Source: Schmidtea polychroa (Eukaryota). From it: 64,000 bases of DNA. The translations under genes and the position numbers were made by a program. Within the stretch, counting starts at the first letter, position 1; the number at the start of each line of letters is the position of its first letter. The notes beneath the pieces were generated by a model, which saw nothing but the letters and a program-made list of their open reading frames with translations, was not told the DNA's origin and did not search any database. The stretch lies in the NCBI GenBank assembly GCA_044892525.1, contig CM097885.1, positions 19,718,001 to 19,782,000 on the forward strand, given 5' to 3'. Positions 48,571 through 61,476 of this stretch are shown piece after piece.

Positions 48571-49589
48571 ATTTTTATACTATTTTACCGAGCAATAGTT
48601 GTCCATTAATTCATCCAGACAATCAAGCCAGTAAATTCATGGTCAATCTCCAGAATCCGATTTCTTTAAATGGTGACTGGGAAGTTGCACTGCAAGATTT
48701 TACATTCGTGTACAACACATTCCCATTTTATAGTCAATGTAAGATTGATTTCAAAAGGAATATTGTGAAAACATGTAGTGGTATCTTTGTTATCAGTAAT
48801 TATGATAAAACATATCATATTCCGAATCAAATATTAGATTCGCATTGCTATATGTTTTACAAGGAAGGATTAAATATCAGTTGTGATTTTAAACCATTTA
48901 CAATAACATTCGAAACTATTGAAGATGCCAAACGAATGGGTTGCAATAAGTTGAAAAATATTGTTACAGAGACCGAGTATTTATTACGTTTTAATCTATT
49001 TGAAGAAAACAGTGTAATGAAAGAAGAAATCAAAATATCGGTCTCGTATAATGATGAAGTTGAAGAATCATTTACCTTTGCTGATGAATTATATTTTGAT
49101 AAACTCGATGTATTACTTAAATATTTAAAGTTCAATTGTTCACACATATTTAAAAATTTGGAAATTGTGAAAGATTTGATGTTTACCTTCAGTTTGAATG
49201 AGGATATTTGCGAAGTTACATTTGATAAAAATTTGGCAAATTCACTTGGATTAGATAAGCAAAAATATCGAGAAAAATCGACTGGTATACGTAAACCAAG
49301 AATACTAGAACATCATCAACAAATGTTCATATATACTAACATTATCGAACCCATAATTGTTGGTGATTCCAGTGTTCCTCTTTTGAAATCGGTATGGATT
49401 GGAAAATATGAACATGATGAAGTTGTCAATATAAATATCGATAATCCCATGTATTTACCAATAGCAAGTTCATGTATAAACAATATAGAAATAAATATTC
49501 ATGATGATAGTGGAAAACTTATAAACTTTCCAAAAGGTTCAAAAACTCATTTGACATTACATTTTCGTAAAGTAGATGGCAAATTCTGA
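48516..49589 (+). CDS. P2 minor capsid protein (penton-like)
   Basis: FYTILPSNS, WEVAL, FIYTNIIEPIIVGD..PLL and LTLHFRK. The true start may be near 48567. Confidence 0.85.
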   Translation: MAWLSKPVMDISKRPSKVNFYTILPSNSCPLIHPDNQASKFMVNLQNPISLNGDWEVALQDFTFVYNTFPFYSQCKIDFKRNIVKTCSGIFVISNYDKTYHIPNQILDSHCYMFYKEGLNISCDFKPFTITFETIEDAKRMGCNKLKNIVTETEYLLRFNLFEENSVMKEEIKISVSYNDEVEESFTFADELYFDKLDVLLKYLKFNCSHIFKNLEIVKDLMFTFSLNEDICEVTFDKNLANSLGLDKQKYREKSTGIRKPRILEHHQQMFIYTNIIEPIIVGDSSVPLLKSVWIGKYEHDEVVNINIDNPMYLPIASSCINNIEINIHDDSGKLINFPKGSKTHLTLHFRKVDGKF

Positions 49590-49944
49590 TATTATTAGTA
49601 TGTATAGTGGTAGCCAATCTGGCGGTGAATTACCATATTTTATTGGTAAACAGTACGGATCGGGATGGTTGAGAACAATTGGTAGATTTGCATTGCCTAT
49701 TCTTAAACGTATTGGTAGTTTTGGTATGAAAACTGCAAAAGATGTTATTATGAATGAACAGAAAATATTACCATCTCTAAAAACAAATGCTTTAGCTGAA
49801 TTAGGGAAAGTTTTACCAGGGGTTGCAGGTATGTTTCAAAAAGAAAAATCTTCAGCTCCAGCTCATGCTCCAAAACGTAAAAGACATGGAATATCACGTA
49901 TAAACAAACGAATGAAAGGACATGGAACTATATTTGCAAAATGA
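49576..49944 (+). CDS. P2 small virion protein with amphipathic helix
   Basis: QYGSGWLRTIGRFALPILKRIG and a basic tail. Occupies the usual position before the capsid gene. Confidence 0.75.
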   Translation: MANSDIISMYSGSQSGGELPYFIGKQYGSGWLRTIGRFALPILKRIGSFGMKTAKDVIMNEQKILPSLKTNALAELGKVLPGVAGMFQKEKSSAPAHAPKRKRHGISRINKRMKGHGTIFAK

Positions 49945-51133
49945 TTTGTGGTAATTCTGAATTATGTATATTTGATAGACCATCGCCCCAGGCTGTAATA
50001 GAATTTGGGGCATTTGAGGAAGTTTTTCCTATGAATTCAATTACCGATAGTAGAAATGATATAGAGTTTTATATTAATGGTTCGCAAACTGAATATTTAG
50101 ATTTGAACGATACTTTATTGACTGTTCAGATCAAGGTTGTAGATAGAGATAGAAAGGTTTTGGATGCCAATGGAGATGTATTACCAAACAATTTCATGTT
50201 TCATACTCTGTTTAAAGATGCAGTGTTGGGATTTAATAATATTAAGATTGAGGGCGGAAATAATACATTCATTCACAAGGCATTAATAGAAACTATTTTA
50301 AATTACAATTCTGATACTAAAAATACCTGTCTTACACCTATGGGTTATGCAGCAACAGATGATGAAAGAAAAAAGTGGGTTAAAGGCTCAAAAATATTCA
50401 CCATGTGCTCTTCATTACAACTCGATTTTATGGATCAACCGAAATATTTGCTACCAGGAGTTAATGTACACATTAGATTGAAAAGGTCCGATTCTGCATT
50501 ATCTCTTACTAGTGCAACTGGTGCACCAATATGTCAATTAGTTGATGCAAAATTATTGGTGAGAAGAGTTCGAGTGGACCCCTCAGTATTAGCTGGTCAT
50601 CAATTGGGTCTTAATTCAAAACATGCAATTTACTATTGCTAAAAGGTGCTTCATCATTCTATAAAGAACAAATATTTGGTGACAGAAGAATGCCTTATTT
50701 TATTCTGATAACATTTCAAAGTGAAACACAATATAATGGATCATATACTGCTTCCAGCTCAATTTTCAAAAACTTTAATGTTACATCATTGACTTTGTCG
50801 AAAAATACTGATTATAGAGAAACATATATTCAAGATTTCGAGAATGACAATTACTGTGCGACATATATGCAGAGTATTGTTAGAAATCTGGGTTATTTAG
50901 ATAAAAATTTGAATTGCGGAATAACTCTAGAAGATTTTAAAAGCAAATACCCATTTTTTACATTTGTTTTAGCCCCTGATTTTGATTTAAATCAAAGTCA
51001 ATTACCTCAAAATGGAAATTTACGACTGGATATAATGTTTGCAAAAGCTATTACTGAACCAGTACATGTTATAATATATGGAGTATTTGAAAATGAAGTT
51101 CAAATTACTGCAAATAGAACAGTGTTGGTATAA
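49941..51133 (+). pseudogene. P2 major capsid protein (frameshift or deletion near 50635)
   Basis: SELCIFD, IEFYING..YLDLNDT, QPKYLLPGVNVHIRL, GNLRLDIMFAKA..VIIYGVFEN. Confidence 0.88.
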
Positions 51134-51563
51134 ATGTATATTGAAACACAAAAAGTTGTCATGGAGTAAGTTGTTTTTTATACTCTGGATTTATTTAAGT
51201 AGTTCTGTTCAGGTCAATAAAATCGGAAAACAGATGTTGGGAAATGAATTTGCTGGAGTTTTTCCTCTTGATAAAATTCCATATTTGAGCAATAATCAAG
51301 CAATAATCGTCAATACTCAATCGTCTCATCTTGGTGGAGAACATTGGATAGCTATATACGTTAAACCTGGTAATATATTAGTGTTCGATCCTATGGGTTT
51401 TTATTACCCGGCTTTGTTGATATCAAAACTACAAACAATGGGAAAACCTATTGTGTATAATAAAACTATGTTTCAAAATCCATTGACCCAAACATGTGGT
51501 CAACATTGTTTAGCTTGGTTATTGTACAAAAAATTTGATGTTTTAAGAAAAATGGATGTTTAA
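51133..51563 (+). CDS. P2 adenain-type cysteine protease
   Basis: FAGVFPLD, NTQSSHLGGEHWIA, FDPMG and Q..TCGQHC. Confidence 0.9.
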
Positions 51564-51630
51564 TAAAATTTGATGTTTAATAAATGTATCCTTTCCTTTG
51601 TTGTTGTGATTAATATTATTAATATTATTA

Positions 51631-51665
<35 letters not shown>

Positions 51666-51686
51666 TTTATATTATTATTATTATAA

Positions 51687-51744
<58 letters not shown>

Positions 51745-51755
51745 CATTATTATTA

Positions 51756-51808
<53 letters not shown>

Positions 51809-52037
51809 ATTATTATTATTATAATTATTTACAAAGTTGTATTATTAAATGCGTGATCAGTGCATAAAGAAAATGATTAATAACAAAGACAGTGCATGAT
51901 CAGTGCATGTCAGATAAAGAAAAATAATGACTCGTACATGTCCAGCTCGTCTGTGATTGGCTGTGACCGGTTTCTTTATAAACATTGACAAATCTCAAAT
52001 CTTTCACAATTTTTTCAAAATTATTCAAAATCACAAA

Positions 52038-52583
52038 ATGGCTAACCGAAACAATTATATTTTGTCAACTGGTAATTTTATTATATTTTATTTTATTTTA
52101 TTTTATTTTATTCTTTTAGTTGTGTTCGACTGGTATGAAGTGACCGAGAACGAGTCGATTTTAAATGTGGATCGAATTTTTGGTAAATTTTAATATTTTA
52201 ATTTTTATTAAATTAATTTTTTTTTCATTTTGGAATATGTTGTTATTAGCGATGATGTTGCTCCAGCTACTAATGATTATGTCCCCACTCAAGACGAAAC
52301 TGATATTCCAGTTACCGAGAACGAGTCGATTTTAAATGTGGATCGAATTTTTGGTAAATTTTAATATTTTAATTTTTATTAAATTAATTTTTATTTCATT
52401 TTAGAATATGTTGTTATTAGCGATGATGTTGCTCCAGCTACTAATGATTATGTCCCCACTCAAGATGAAACTAAGATTCCTATGCAGGATGTCCCTATGA
52501 GTGATGTCCTCTCTGAAGAGGAATATGATGCCCCCACTACTATTTGGGATGAATCTGAAACGGATTCAGAGTCTCAATGTTAG
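52038..52583 (+). CDS. P2 small acidic spliced protein with an internal exon/intron duplication
   Basis: MANRNNYILST|VVFDWYEVTENESILNVDRIF|EYVVISDD..ETDSESQC*, joined through GT..AG introns. Direct duplication of ~170 bp at 52143-52455. Confidence 0.6.
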
Positions 52584-52994
52584 TTTTTATATATTTATTT
52601 TTAATATTTATTTTAAACATTATGTTTAAAAGTTTATTTTTAATATAATTATTTTTTAACATTTATGTTTAAAAGTTTATTATTATTTTCGTAAAATAAC
52701 ATGAAAAAAAAAATTTAAATGAAATTATATGTTCCTGAAATTTTGTTATGAAACTATGAATGAAACTATGAAAATGTTCATGAAAATTTGTTACAGAAAT
52801 TTATATGAAACTAAGAATAAAACTATGAAAATGTTCCTGTAAATTTTTACGGAAATTTTGTTATGAAACTATGAAAATGATCATGTAAATTTTTACGGAA
52901 ATAATAATAATAGAAATAATTACCCCAAGTAGTTTGCAACTAAATCAAATATTATTAATAATAATAATATCACTACATCTCTTTATTTCGATTT

Positions 52995-53200
52995 CATCAA
53001 TAAATGTAGTCGGCATGCAGCTACATATCTCTTTTATTTTGAATTACCCGATAAATGTAGTCTGCAGTCAGCATGCAGCTACATATCTCTTTTATTTTGA
53101 ATTACCCGATAAATGTAGTCTGCAGTCAGCATGCAGCTACATATCTCTTTTATTTTGAAATAACCGATAAATGTAGTCTGCAGTCACCATGCAGCTACAT
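52995..53200. repeat. 58-bp tandem repeat with palindromic TGTAG..TGCA..TGCAGCTACA motif
   Basis: About 3.5 copies visible. Confidence 0.85.
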
Positions 53201-53203
53201 GAC

Positions 53204-53280
<77 letters not shown>

Positions 53281-53294
53281 TTATAATAATAATA

Positions 53295-53336
<42 letters not shown>

Positions 53337-53363
53337 TTATAATAATAATAATATAAAAATAAT

Positions 53364-53421
<58 letters not shown>

Positions 53422-53688
53422 ATAATAATAATAATAATAATATTAATAATAATAATAATAATAATATTAATAATAATAATATTAATAATAATAATAAATA
53501 TTCTTCTTCTTATAATAATGTTCAAAGTAGTTTACAACTATCTTTGAAAAAAAAAAAAAACGAATATTATAGATTATTATTTTTAATGGTTATTAGTTAA
53601 TCCTTTTTTTTATAATGATAAAAATAGACTAACTAATAACAATTGATTATAATATTTTTCACCATCTTTTATAATTTCTCGTTAACAG

Positions 53689-56600
53689 GTAAATTATATC
53701 GCAAATATTGCCAATCTTCAATAGGCCATTCCAATTTATGCCATAAGACCATGAAAAAATACTACGGTCATAGATTCTATGGCATCAACTACTATATTTG
53801 TCCCATATGCGAGACATCCCAAAATATAAAATATAAGTGTTTTTATATGACCCATAAGACTCATCTTAACCAGTAAACAATAAATAAAAAGAAACTTTTT
53901 AATAAAATAAAAAGTAAAACACCTGCAAATAATACACATGTAAATAATAATTCGCGACCTATAACAAAAACTGCAAATATTAGACATGTAAATAATAATT
54001 CGCGACCTATAACAAAAACTGTAAATAATACACATGTAAATAATAATTCGCGACCTATAACAAAAACTGCAAATATTAGACATGTAAATAATAATTCGCG
54101 ACCTATAACAAAAACTGTAAATAATACACATGTAAATAATAATTCGCGACCTATAACAAAAACTGTAAATAATACACATGTAAATAATAATTCGCGACCT
54201 ATTACAAAAACTGCAAATATTAGACATGTAAATAATAATTCGCGACCTATAACAAAAAATATCTCTACAAATACTTCGCCCGTGATTATATCTTCTCCAG
54301 TGAATATAACTGCTTCTGTGATAAAACCTTCTGTGATAAATAATAAACGGCCTGCTGTTAGTTTTGGGTCTGGTATTCCCTCTAAAATCATTAAAATTAA
54401 TACAACTGGTGATTCCGTATATAATCAAATAGGTGGTTCGATCGACATTAACGATGAACCAGAAATAGAAGTCGATTTTAAGGGAGTGAGAAAAAATTTA
54501 CGCTTTAATATGGAAAAGGATAACTTGGTGCAAATTTCCCTTACAAATAAAATTATAAATAAATTAATTGCCGAAATCAAAGGTATGGGCACAGTTAAAA
54601 TACAATTCACCGTATTGATTCAATTTGAAAAAGATGGGGAAAATAAAGATAATTTTTTCTCTAATAGCGCAGAGGTTTTTTCAGAAAATTTTTTAATTAA
54701 TGGAATCACCAGATTATATAATAAAATTGAAAAATTTACGTATTTGGGTAGCGGATGGCGGGTGGTTAAAATCAAAGAGATAGATTTTATATTAACAAAA
54801 TTTACACATATGAATAGGCTAGCTGGACATAGTTATATCCCCACCCCAGCAGCTTTAAATTCTAAAAAAGCAATAGTAAACGTCAAAAACACTGACGATA
54901 TGTGCTTTATATATAGTATTTTAGCACTGTTAAAACGCAATGTAGTACATATAAATAGAAATCGTGTTAGTTCCTATGAAAATTATCTTGACGAGTTAAA
55001 TTTTGACCCTATAGATGATTGCCCCATGAAATTATGTGATATCCCCAAATTCGAGAGGAAAAATAAAGAATTAAATTTATCAATTAATGTATTAACTTAT
55101 AGGAAAAACCCAGCTAAGCCTATAGAAAACGATGATAGTAACTATATTCCCCATCATCCTCATTTAGATATTATTCACCGATCTAAGGTTATAGGTGGTG
55201 AACCCATATATTTATTATTATTGGAAGACGGTGATAATTTCCATTATACCGCAGTTTTTAACTTACAAAAATTAATGAACTCACATCCCAGTAGCTCCTG
55301 CAACCTTTGGATTAGAGTGAACTGGTGTCCCACTTGCCTTAATGGCTTTAGATATAAAAATGCATTTGATATTCATGTAGGTCTATGCAGTAAGAACCAG
55401 CTAGGCACTACATTATACACCCTACCTAAAGAGAAAAATTTAATTTTTCAAAATTATGCGAAGACAATCACCCCGCCATTCGTGATATATGCCGATTTTG
55501 AGGCAATTTTACCCGAGGATATAATACACCATCAAAAGCACTTGCCAATAACAGCAGGCATGTTATTAATTAATAATTATAATAACACAAAATTTTATTA
55601 TGAGTTTGTTGGTGATGATTGTGTGTTGTCTTTCTTGCGTAAGGTGGAGGAAATTGCTGTCAAAATTGTCCTGCCATATTACGAAATTAATGGGAAAAAG
55701 CCCATGCAAACCTTATCTTTCACTGAAGAGCGGGCTTTTCGAGAATCCAGAACCTGTTACCTTTGTAAAAAATTTATTAGAGATAGAGTTAGGGACCATT
55801 GTCACTTCTCAGGCAAGTATCTTGGTGCTGCTTGTAGGAAATGTAATGTTTCTCGGCGAATTCAGAGACAGTTACCGGTTGTGTTCCATAATTTGAGGGG
55901 GTATGATCTCCATCATATTTTGAAGTATGGCTTGAATAATTTTCCTTCTTGGGAATTAAATATTATTCCGACCACTACAGAAAAATTCATCTCCCTCATT
56001 GCGTATATTAACAAATTACCTGTTCGTTTTATTGACAGCATGCAGTTTGTTAATTCATCTTTAGCAAAAGCGGTTAAGACTCTTTCCGATCTGCCTTTAA
56101 CTTCTTCTGTTTTTGATGGCGCAATTGTTCGAGCCAAAGGTATCTTCCCTTATGACTTCGCTACATCTCTTGAGGTCCTGGAATCAACTCTTGAATTGCC
56201 TCCTATTTGGGATTCTGTGTCTAATGATGAATATGAATTAGCCCAAGTTATTTGGACTCAGCAAAATTGCAACAACATGTTAGATTACATGTTGACTTAC
56301 CTTAAATTAGATGTATTTCTCTTTGCAGACTATTTTCAACAATTCCGTGCGAAGGCCATTGCTTACAATGATCTTGAACCTTTAAATTTCTATGGTATTC
56401 CCGGTATGTCATGGGCCTCAGCACTTATGACATTAACGGAACCCATAGAACTTTTGCAGGACATGGAAATCTTTAATTTCTACGAAGGAGGGATACGGGG
56501 TGGGTTAACATTTGTTAACAAACATTATGTTGCTAGTTCTGAAGACACAGAACTCTTGTATATTGATATAAGTAATTTGTATGGTTGGGCCTTAAGCCAA

Positions 56601-58021
56601 AATCTGCCTTATGCTGACTTTGTATGGGTGAATGATGATTTGGATACTATACTTTCTGAATGTGTGAATGATGATATTGATAACCTTCCTTATGGGTATA
56701 CTATGGAAGTTGATTTCGAAATTCCGGAATGCTTGCATGACTTCCTTAACGACTTTCCTATTGCTGCAGAAAAATGTGTCCACCGAACTCCAAAGTTGAG
56801 AAGCTGATGCTCACGCATTGGCCAAAGAAGAACTATGTTCTTCATTGGAGACTTCTTAAACTTTATCTTTCACTCGGTGTGACGGTGGTTAAAATTTATA
56901 GAGCAGTTAAATTCACGCAAGCACCCATTTTTAAATCGTACATTGATAAAAACACAACATTAAGAGCACAATCCACCAGTGAGTTATATAGAGATTTGTT
57001 TAAGCTTTATAACAACAGCTTATATGGGAAATCCGTTGAGAACTTAAAGAAAAGGATGAATTTGAGGCTATGCAATTCAGCTGAAAAGATGATTGTATAT
57101 GCCTCAAAGCCAACTTTCAAGAAATCAATCAGAATTGATGAGAACTTGATTGCGGCACATCTGAATAAGGACTCTATATGTTTAGACAGACCTAGTTACA
57201 TCGGTCAATCAGTACTAGATCTGTCTAAACTGAGGATGTATGAACTTCAATATAAAGAACTGGCGAAATATAGGACAGAGTTTAATTGCGAAATAAATAT
57301 TGTTGCCGGCGACACTGACTCCTTTTTCTTAGAGATAAAGCACTGTAAGCTTGACACTCTTTTGCCGGCAATGATTCGTGATAATCTTCTAGATACCAGC
57401 AATTATGATCCTGCTCATCCTTTATATTCTAAGAGTTTGGATTCGGTAATAGGGAAGTTTAAGGATGAGAGTAAAGGGCTGGGATATAGCGAGTGGGTTT
57501 TCTTGCGCCCTAAGTGTTATAGTTTGTTAGGAGATAAGGCAGCACTTAGGGCTAAAGGAGTTCAGTTAGGCAACACTGAGATAGGGCACCAGTCATATTT
57601 AGACTGCTACAACAACAGCGTAGTATATACGGTGCCACAAACGAGAATAGGTACAAGAAACCACCAGCTCTTTACTTTTAAAAATAATAAAATAGCCTTG
57701 TCGAACAACGATGACAAGCGCCTTTGGGTGGGTCTTAATACCAGTCTCGCATATGGACATTTTTTAGGAGTCGATGATCCAGATGTTGACCAGGTATCTG
57801 AAGTTGGGCCACTTTTTGGCGGAATGAGTCCGGATTTCGATGATGATGATTGGACCGAATCACAGAACAATACATTTCAAGTTGGACCACTTTTTAGCGA
57901 AATGAGCCCGAGCTTTTGTGATTCTGATGACAATATTGATTTTGATGTAAATATTGATATGAATATTGATGTGAATATTGATAATGACGTCGATATCGAC
58001 GATGTTTTATTAAGCGATTAA
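53689..58021 (+). pseudogene. polB: Protein-primed DNA polymerase B of P2 (stop at 53874, frameshift near 56775)
   Basis: IYADFEA, FHNLRGYD, KGIFPY, YIDISNLYG, KLYNNSLYGK and AGDTDS. Upstream Cys/His segment and 48-bp repeats are in the same frame as 54282. Confidence 0.92.
53929..54258 (+). repeat. 48-bp coding tandem repeat (~7 copies) in P2 pPolB N-terminus
   Basis: Unit encodes HVNNNSRPITKT(A/V)N(IR/NT). Confidence 0.9.
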
Positions 58022-58340
58022 TAAATCTTTTAAAAACATTTATTTTGGCGTTCTATTTCATATTGTAGATAATTTTTATTTTCGAAAACTCGTTATAGTT
58101 TTCATTACTTTTTTCATCATTAGATATATTTTATAATAATATTGTTAGTAAAAAAAAAAAATAAAACTCTATAAGTATCTAATGATGGAAAATGTAATAT
58201 GGTTTAAAACTTTTTACAATGTGTATTTGAAAATGTATGTTACAGTCAGCATGCAAATACATATATCTATAATAATAATAATTATAATAATACTCTTGCG
58301 ACTTGTTGATAATAATAATAAATTTGAAAATATCTTTGAA

Positions 58341-58373
<33 letters not shown>

Positions 58374-58657
58374 TATAATAATAATAATAATATCAATAAT
58401 AATAATAATAATAATGATAGTAATAAATTCCCAACATAGTTTACATTGCGCAACAAATGATATAGTCTGAAAATAATATTTAAGATAATTATGAATGATA
58501 TTATAATTTATATATTTTATCAGTGTAGAAACCTCCCAAATATAATAATGATAAACTTAAGCGAAAAATACTAAAGCAATCCATCAATAACAAATTATAA
58601 ACCATAAATAATGTAAAATATGCTAAGTCAAGTTAATAATATCGTTATTTAGATAAA

Positions 58658-59479
58658 ATGTCACAAGATAGAACTGAAGCCCCAAACAATGAAACAACAA
58701 TCAATAAAATACACAAAGAAAAATGGGTCAAAGTAATGATTCAACTAGCGAATCAGTCCCTGAATTATATTGAGGAAGCAAGAGAACGGGAGAACCATCA
58801 ATTCCAGTGGTTAGTACAGAATCTAAGAGCAGAGGCAGAGGACTGTAAAAGAGCAGCCAAGTGGTCTGCCTTGGAAAGCATTCGACAGGAGGCACACGGC
58901 CACTACTTGAAACAACTAGTGCAGGAGTCGAGGAAAAGGTTAACCGACGAAAATAAAAAACGAAAAATAGAAAAACAAAAGGAGGAGAGAAAAACCAACC
59001 AACTATTGACAGAAGCCCGGAAATGGAAGCGACAGAACAGAGAGATAAAGAAGGAAATGAGAGAATTACCACAGCGACTGAAATATGAAGGCCAACAAGG
59101 AAAATGGGAGGAAAATTTAGATCAAAGAGAAGAGCTGAGAAGGCTCAGAAAAATCGTCACCCGCAGTCAATCATGGCAGACCAAAGCCAAGGAATTCGAG
59201 AGGCACCTGGCGATGAAAATAACATTAAAGGAACAAGAAAACGCTGCCATGGAGGAAATGATCCTACAACAGTCAGAAAGGATCGTGGAGTTAGTAAACA
59301 ATGCAGCAGACCTGGAGCGAGACAATAACGGCTATAAAGGAGTATTAGAGCAGAGGAACATAATGCTAGCCGGAAAGAACAAAAAACTCGAGAATGAGAG
59401 AAAGATGTACGACGAAAACATCAAGAATCTTGAAAAAGAACTAAAAATGGGCAAACGGCGAAAAGATCACGGAAGTTGA
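58658..59479 (+). CDS. P2 coiled-coil protein of unknown function (273 aa)
   Basis: Intact E/K/R/Q-rich ORF, visibly more G-rich than its neighbours. Confidence 0.75.
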   Translation: MSQDRTEAPNNETTINKIHKEKWVKVMIQLANQSLNYIEEARERENHQFQWLVQNLRAEAEDCKRAAKWSALESIRQEAHGHYLKQLVQESRKRLTDENKKRKIEKQKEERKTNQLLTEARKWKRQNREIKKEMRELPQRLKYEGQQGKWEENLDQREELRRLRKIVTRSQSWQTKAKEFERHLAMKITLKEQENAAMEEMILQQSERIVELVNNAADLERDNNGYKGVLEQRNIMLAGKNKKLENERKMYDENIKNLEKELKMGKRRKDHGS

Positions 59480-59694
59480 AAATAATAATATTGATAATGA
59501 TGTCGATATCGACGATGTTTTATTAAGCGATTAATAAATCTTTTAAAACATTATTTTGCATTCTATTTTATTATGTAGATAATTTTTATTTTCGAAAACT
59601 CGTTATAGTTTTCATTACTTTTTTCATCATTAGTTACATTTTATAATATTGGTAATTAAACTCTTTAAGTATCTAATGATGGAAAAAGTAATAT

Positions 59695-60100
59695 GGTATG
59701 TTTTTGTGTATGTTGCAGTCAGCATGCAGCTGCATACAGTATCGTTTAAAGGTTTTTGTGTATGTTGCAGTCAGCATGCAGCTACATACAGTATCGTTTA
59801 AAGGTTTTTGTGTATGTTGCAGTCAGCATGCAGCTACATACAGTATCATTTAAAGGTTTTTGTGTATGTTGCAGGCAGCATGCAGCTACATACAGTATCG
59901 TTTAAAGGTTTTTGTGTATGTTGCAGTCAGCATGCAGCTACATACAGTATCGTTTAAAGGTTTTTGTGTATGTTGCAGGCAGCATGCAGCTACATACAGT
60001 ATCGTTTAAAGGTTTTTGTGTATGTTGCAGTCAGCATGCAGCTACATACAGTATCGTTTAAAGGTTTGTTTTTTTTGTGTATGTTGCAGTCAGCATGCAA
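59695..60100. repeat. 52-bp tandem repeat (~7.5 copies)
   Basis: Unit GTTTTTGTGTATGTTGCAGTCAGCATGCAGCTACATACAGTATCGTTTAAAG. Confidence 0.95.
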
Positions 60101-60129
<29 letters not shown>

Positions 60130-60135
<6 letters not shown>

Positions 60136-60690
60136 CATTGCGAGTTGCTGAGCGTGACCAGTACCCTTACGAGCAGTACCCATAGGGGGACAAAATATTT
60201 TGTCGGATAAACTCGGAGTATATAGATTAATACTAATAATAATAATAATTAAATGACCTTGACAATGATGATACCTTCAATAGCTCATTCGAAAGGTCTT
60301 GCACTAAGCTTTAAAATGAGCTATCGAACAATGAAATAAAATGATTGGAACGATAACTTTTGGGCAAACGAAAACCAGGACTCCGCTAGATCACTAATAA
60401 TATTTTGAATAATAATAATAAAATAATAATATTTTTTAAAAATAATAATATGGCCTTGATGAGTCATCACGATGAGTCATATGACCTTGGGATTGACCTT
60501 GGATAAGTCACGCGACCTTGAAATGAACTTGAGAATGGCCTTGATGAGTCATGGTCTTTGTTTAAAATTTGACCTTGAAAAAAAAATGTACTTTTAGACT
60601 TAGAAAATTTTTTAAAAATTTTCCGGCCGGGGGGAGGGGGGGTATGTGATCTAGCGGAGTCCTGATCTAGCGGTGCCCCATCCATCTACT
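60130..60690. repeat. P2 right terminal inverted repeat
   Basis: Reverse complement begins AGTAGATGGATGGGGCACCGC. Inner part matches 28300-28565. Confidence 0.88.
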
Positions 60691-61111
60691 CATCATCACT
60701 ACCATAACCCATAGGAGTAAGACATGTATTTTTAGTATCAGAATTGTAATTTAAAATAGTTTCTATTAATGCCTTGTGAATGAATGTATTATTTCCGCCC
60801 TCAATCTTAATATTATTAAATCCCAACACTGCATCTTTAAACAGAGTATGAAACATGAAATTGTTTAGTAATACATCTCCATTGGCATCCAAAACCTTTC
60901 TATCTTTATCTACAACCTTGATCTGAACAGTCAATAAAGTATCGTTCAAATCTAAATATTCAGTTTGCGAACCATTAATATAAAACTCTATATCATTTCT
61001 ACTATCGGTAATTGAAATCATAGGAAAAACTTCCTCAAATGCCCCAAATTCTATTACAGCCTGGGGCGATGGTCTATCAAATATACATAATTCAGAATTA
61101 CCACAAATCAT
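60691..61111 (-). pseudogene. Major capsid protein 5' part, truncated by the P2 end
   Basis: Matches the first ~140 aa of 49941-50642 and abuts the AGTAG terminus. Confidence 0.9.
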
Positions 61112-61476
61112 TTTGCAAATATAGTTCCATGTCCTTTCATTCGTTTGTTTATACGTGATATTCCATGTCTTTTACGTTTTGGAGCATGAGCTGGAGCTGA
61201 AGATTTTTCTTTTTGAAACATACCTGCAACCCCTGGTAAAACTTTCCCTAATTCAGCTAAAGCATTTGTTTTTAGAGATGGTAATATTTTCTGTTCATTC
61301 ATAATAACATCTTTTGCAGTTTTCATACCAAAACTACCAATACGTTTAAGAATAGGCAATGCAAATCTACCAATTGTTCTCAACCATCCCGATCCGTACT
61401 GTTTACCAATAAAATATGGTAATTCACCGCCAGATTGGCTACCACTATACATACTAATAATATCAGAATTTGCCAT
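61108..61476 (-). CDS. Small virion protein (copy of 49576-49944)
   Basis: Identical translation. Confidence 0.75.
   Translation of the reverse strand: MANSDIISMYSGSQSGGELPYFIGKQYGSGWLRTIGRFALPILKRIGSFGMKTAKDVIMNEQKILPSLKTNALAELGKVLPGVAGMFQKEKSSAPAHAPKRKRHGISRINKRMKGHGTIFAK

Larger units (their letters stand above)
28300..60690 (+). mobile_element. Polinton/Maverick P2 (left TIR truncated; contains P3)
   Basis: 28300-28565 is the inverted copy of 60130-60362 and the right end is ..CCATCTACT. Encodes ATPase, integrase, minor and major capsid proteins, protease and pPolB. Confidence 0.9.

Noticed and set aside
53736..54428. Minus-strand 230-aa and 176-aa ORFs (also 26749-27138 plus)
   Set aside because: Antisense read-through of the pPolB coding repeats.
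59695..60100. CRISPR-like appearance of the 52-bp array (also 52995-53200, 53929-54258)
   Set aside because: Head-to-tail repeats without unique spacers, no cas genes, eukaryotic context.
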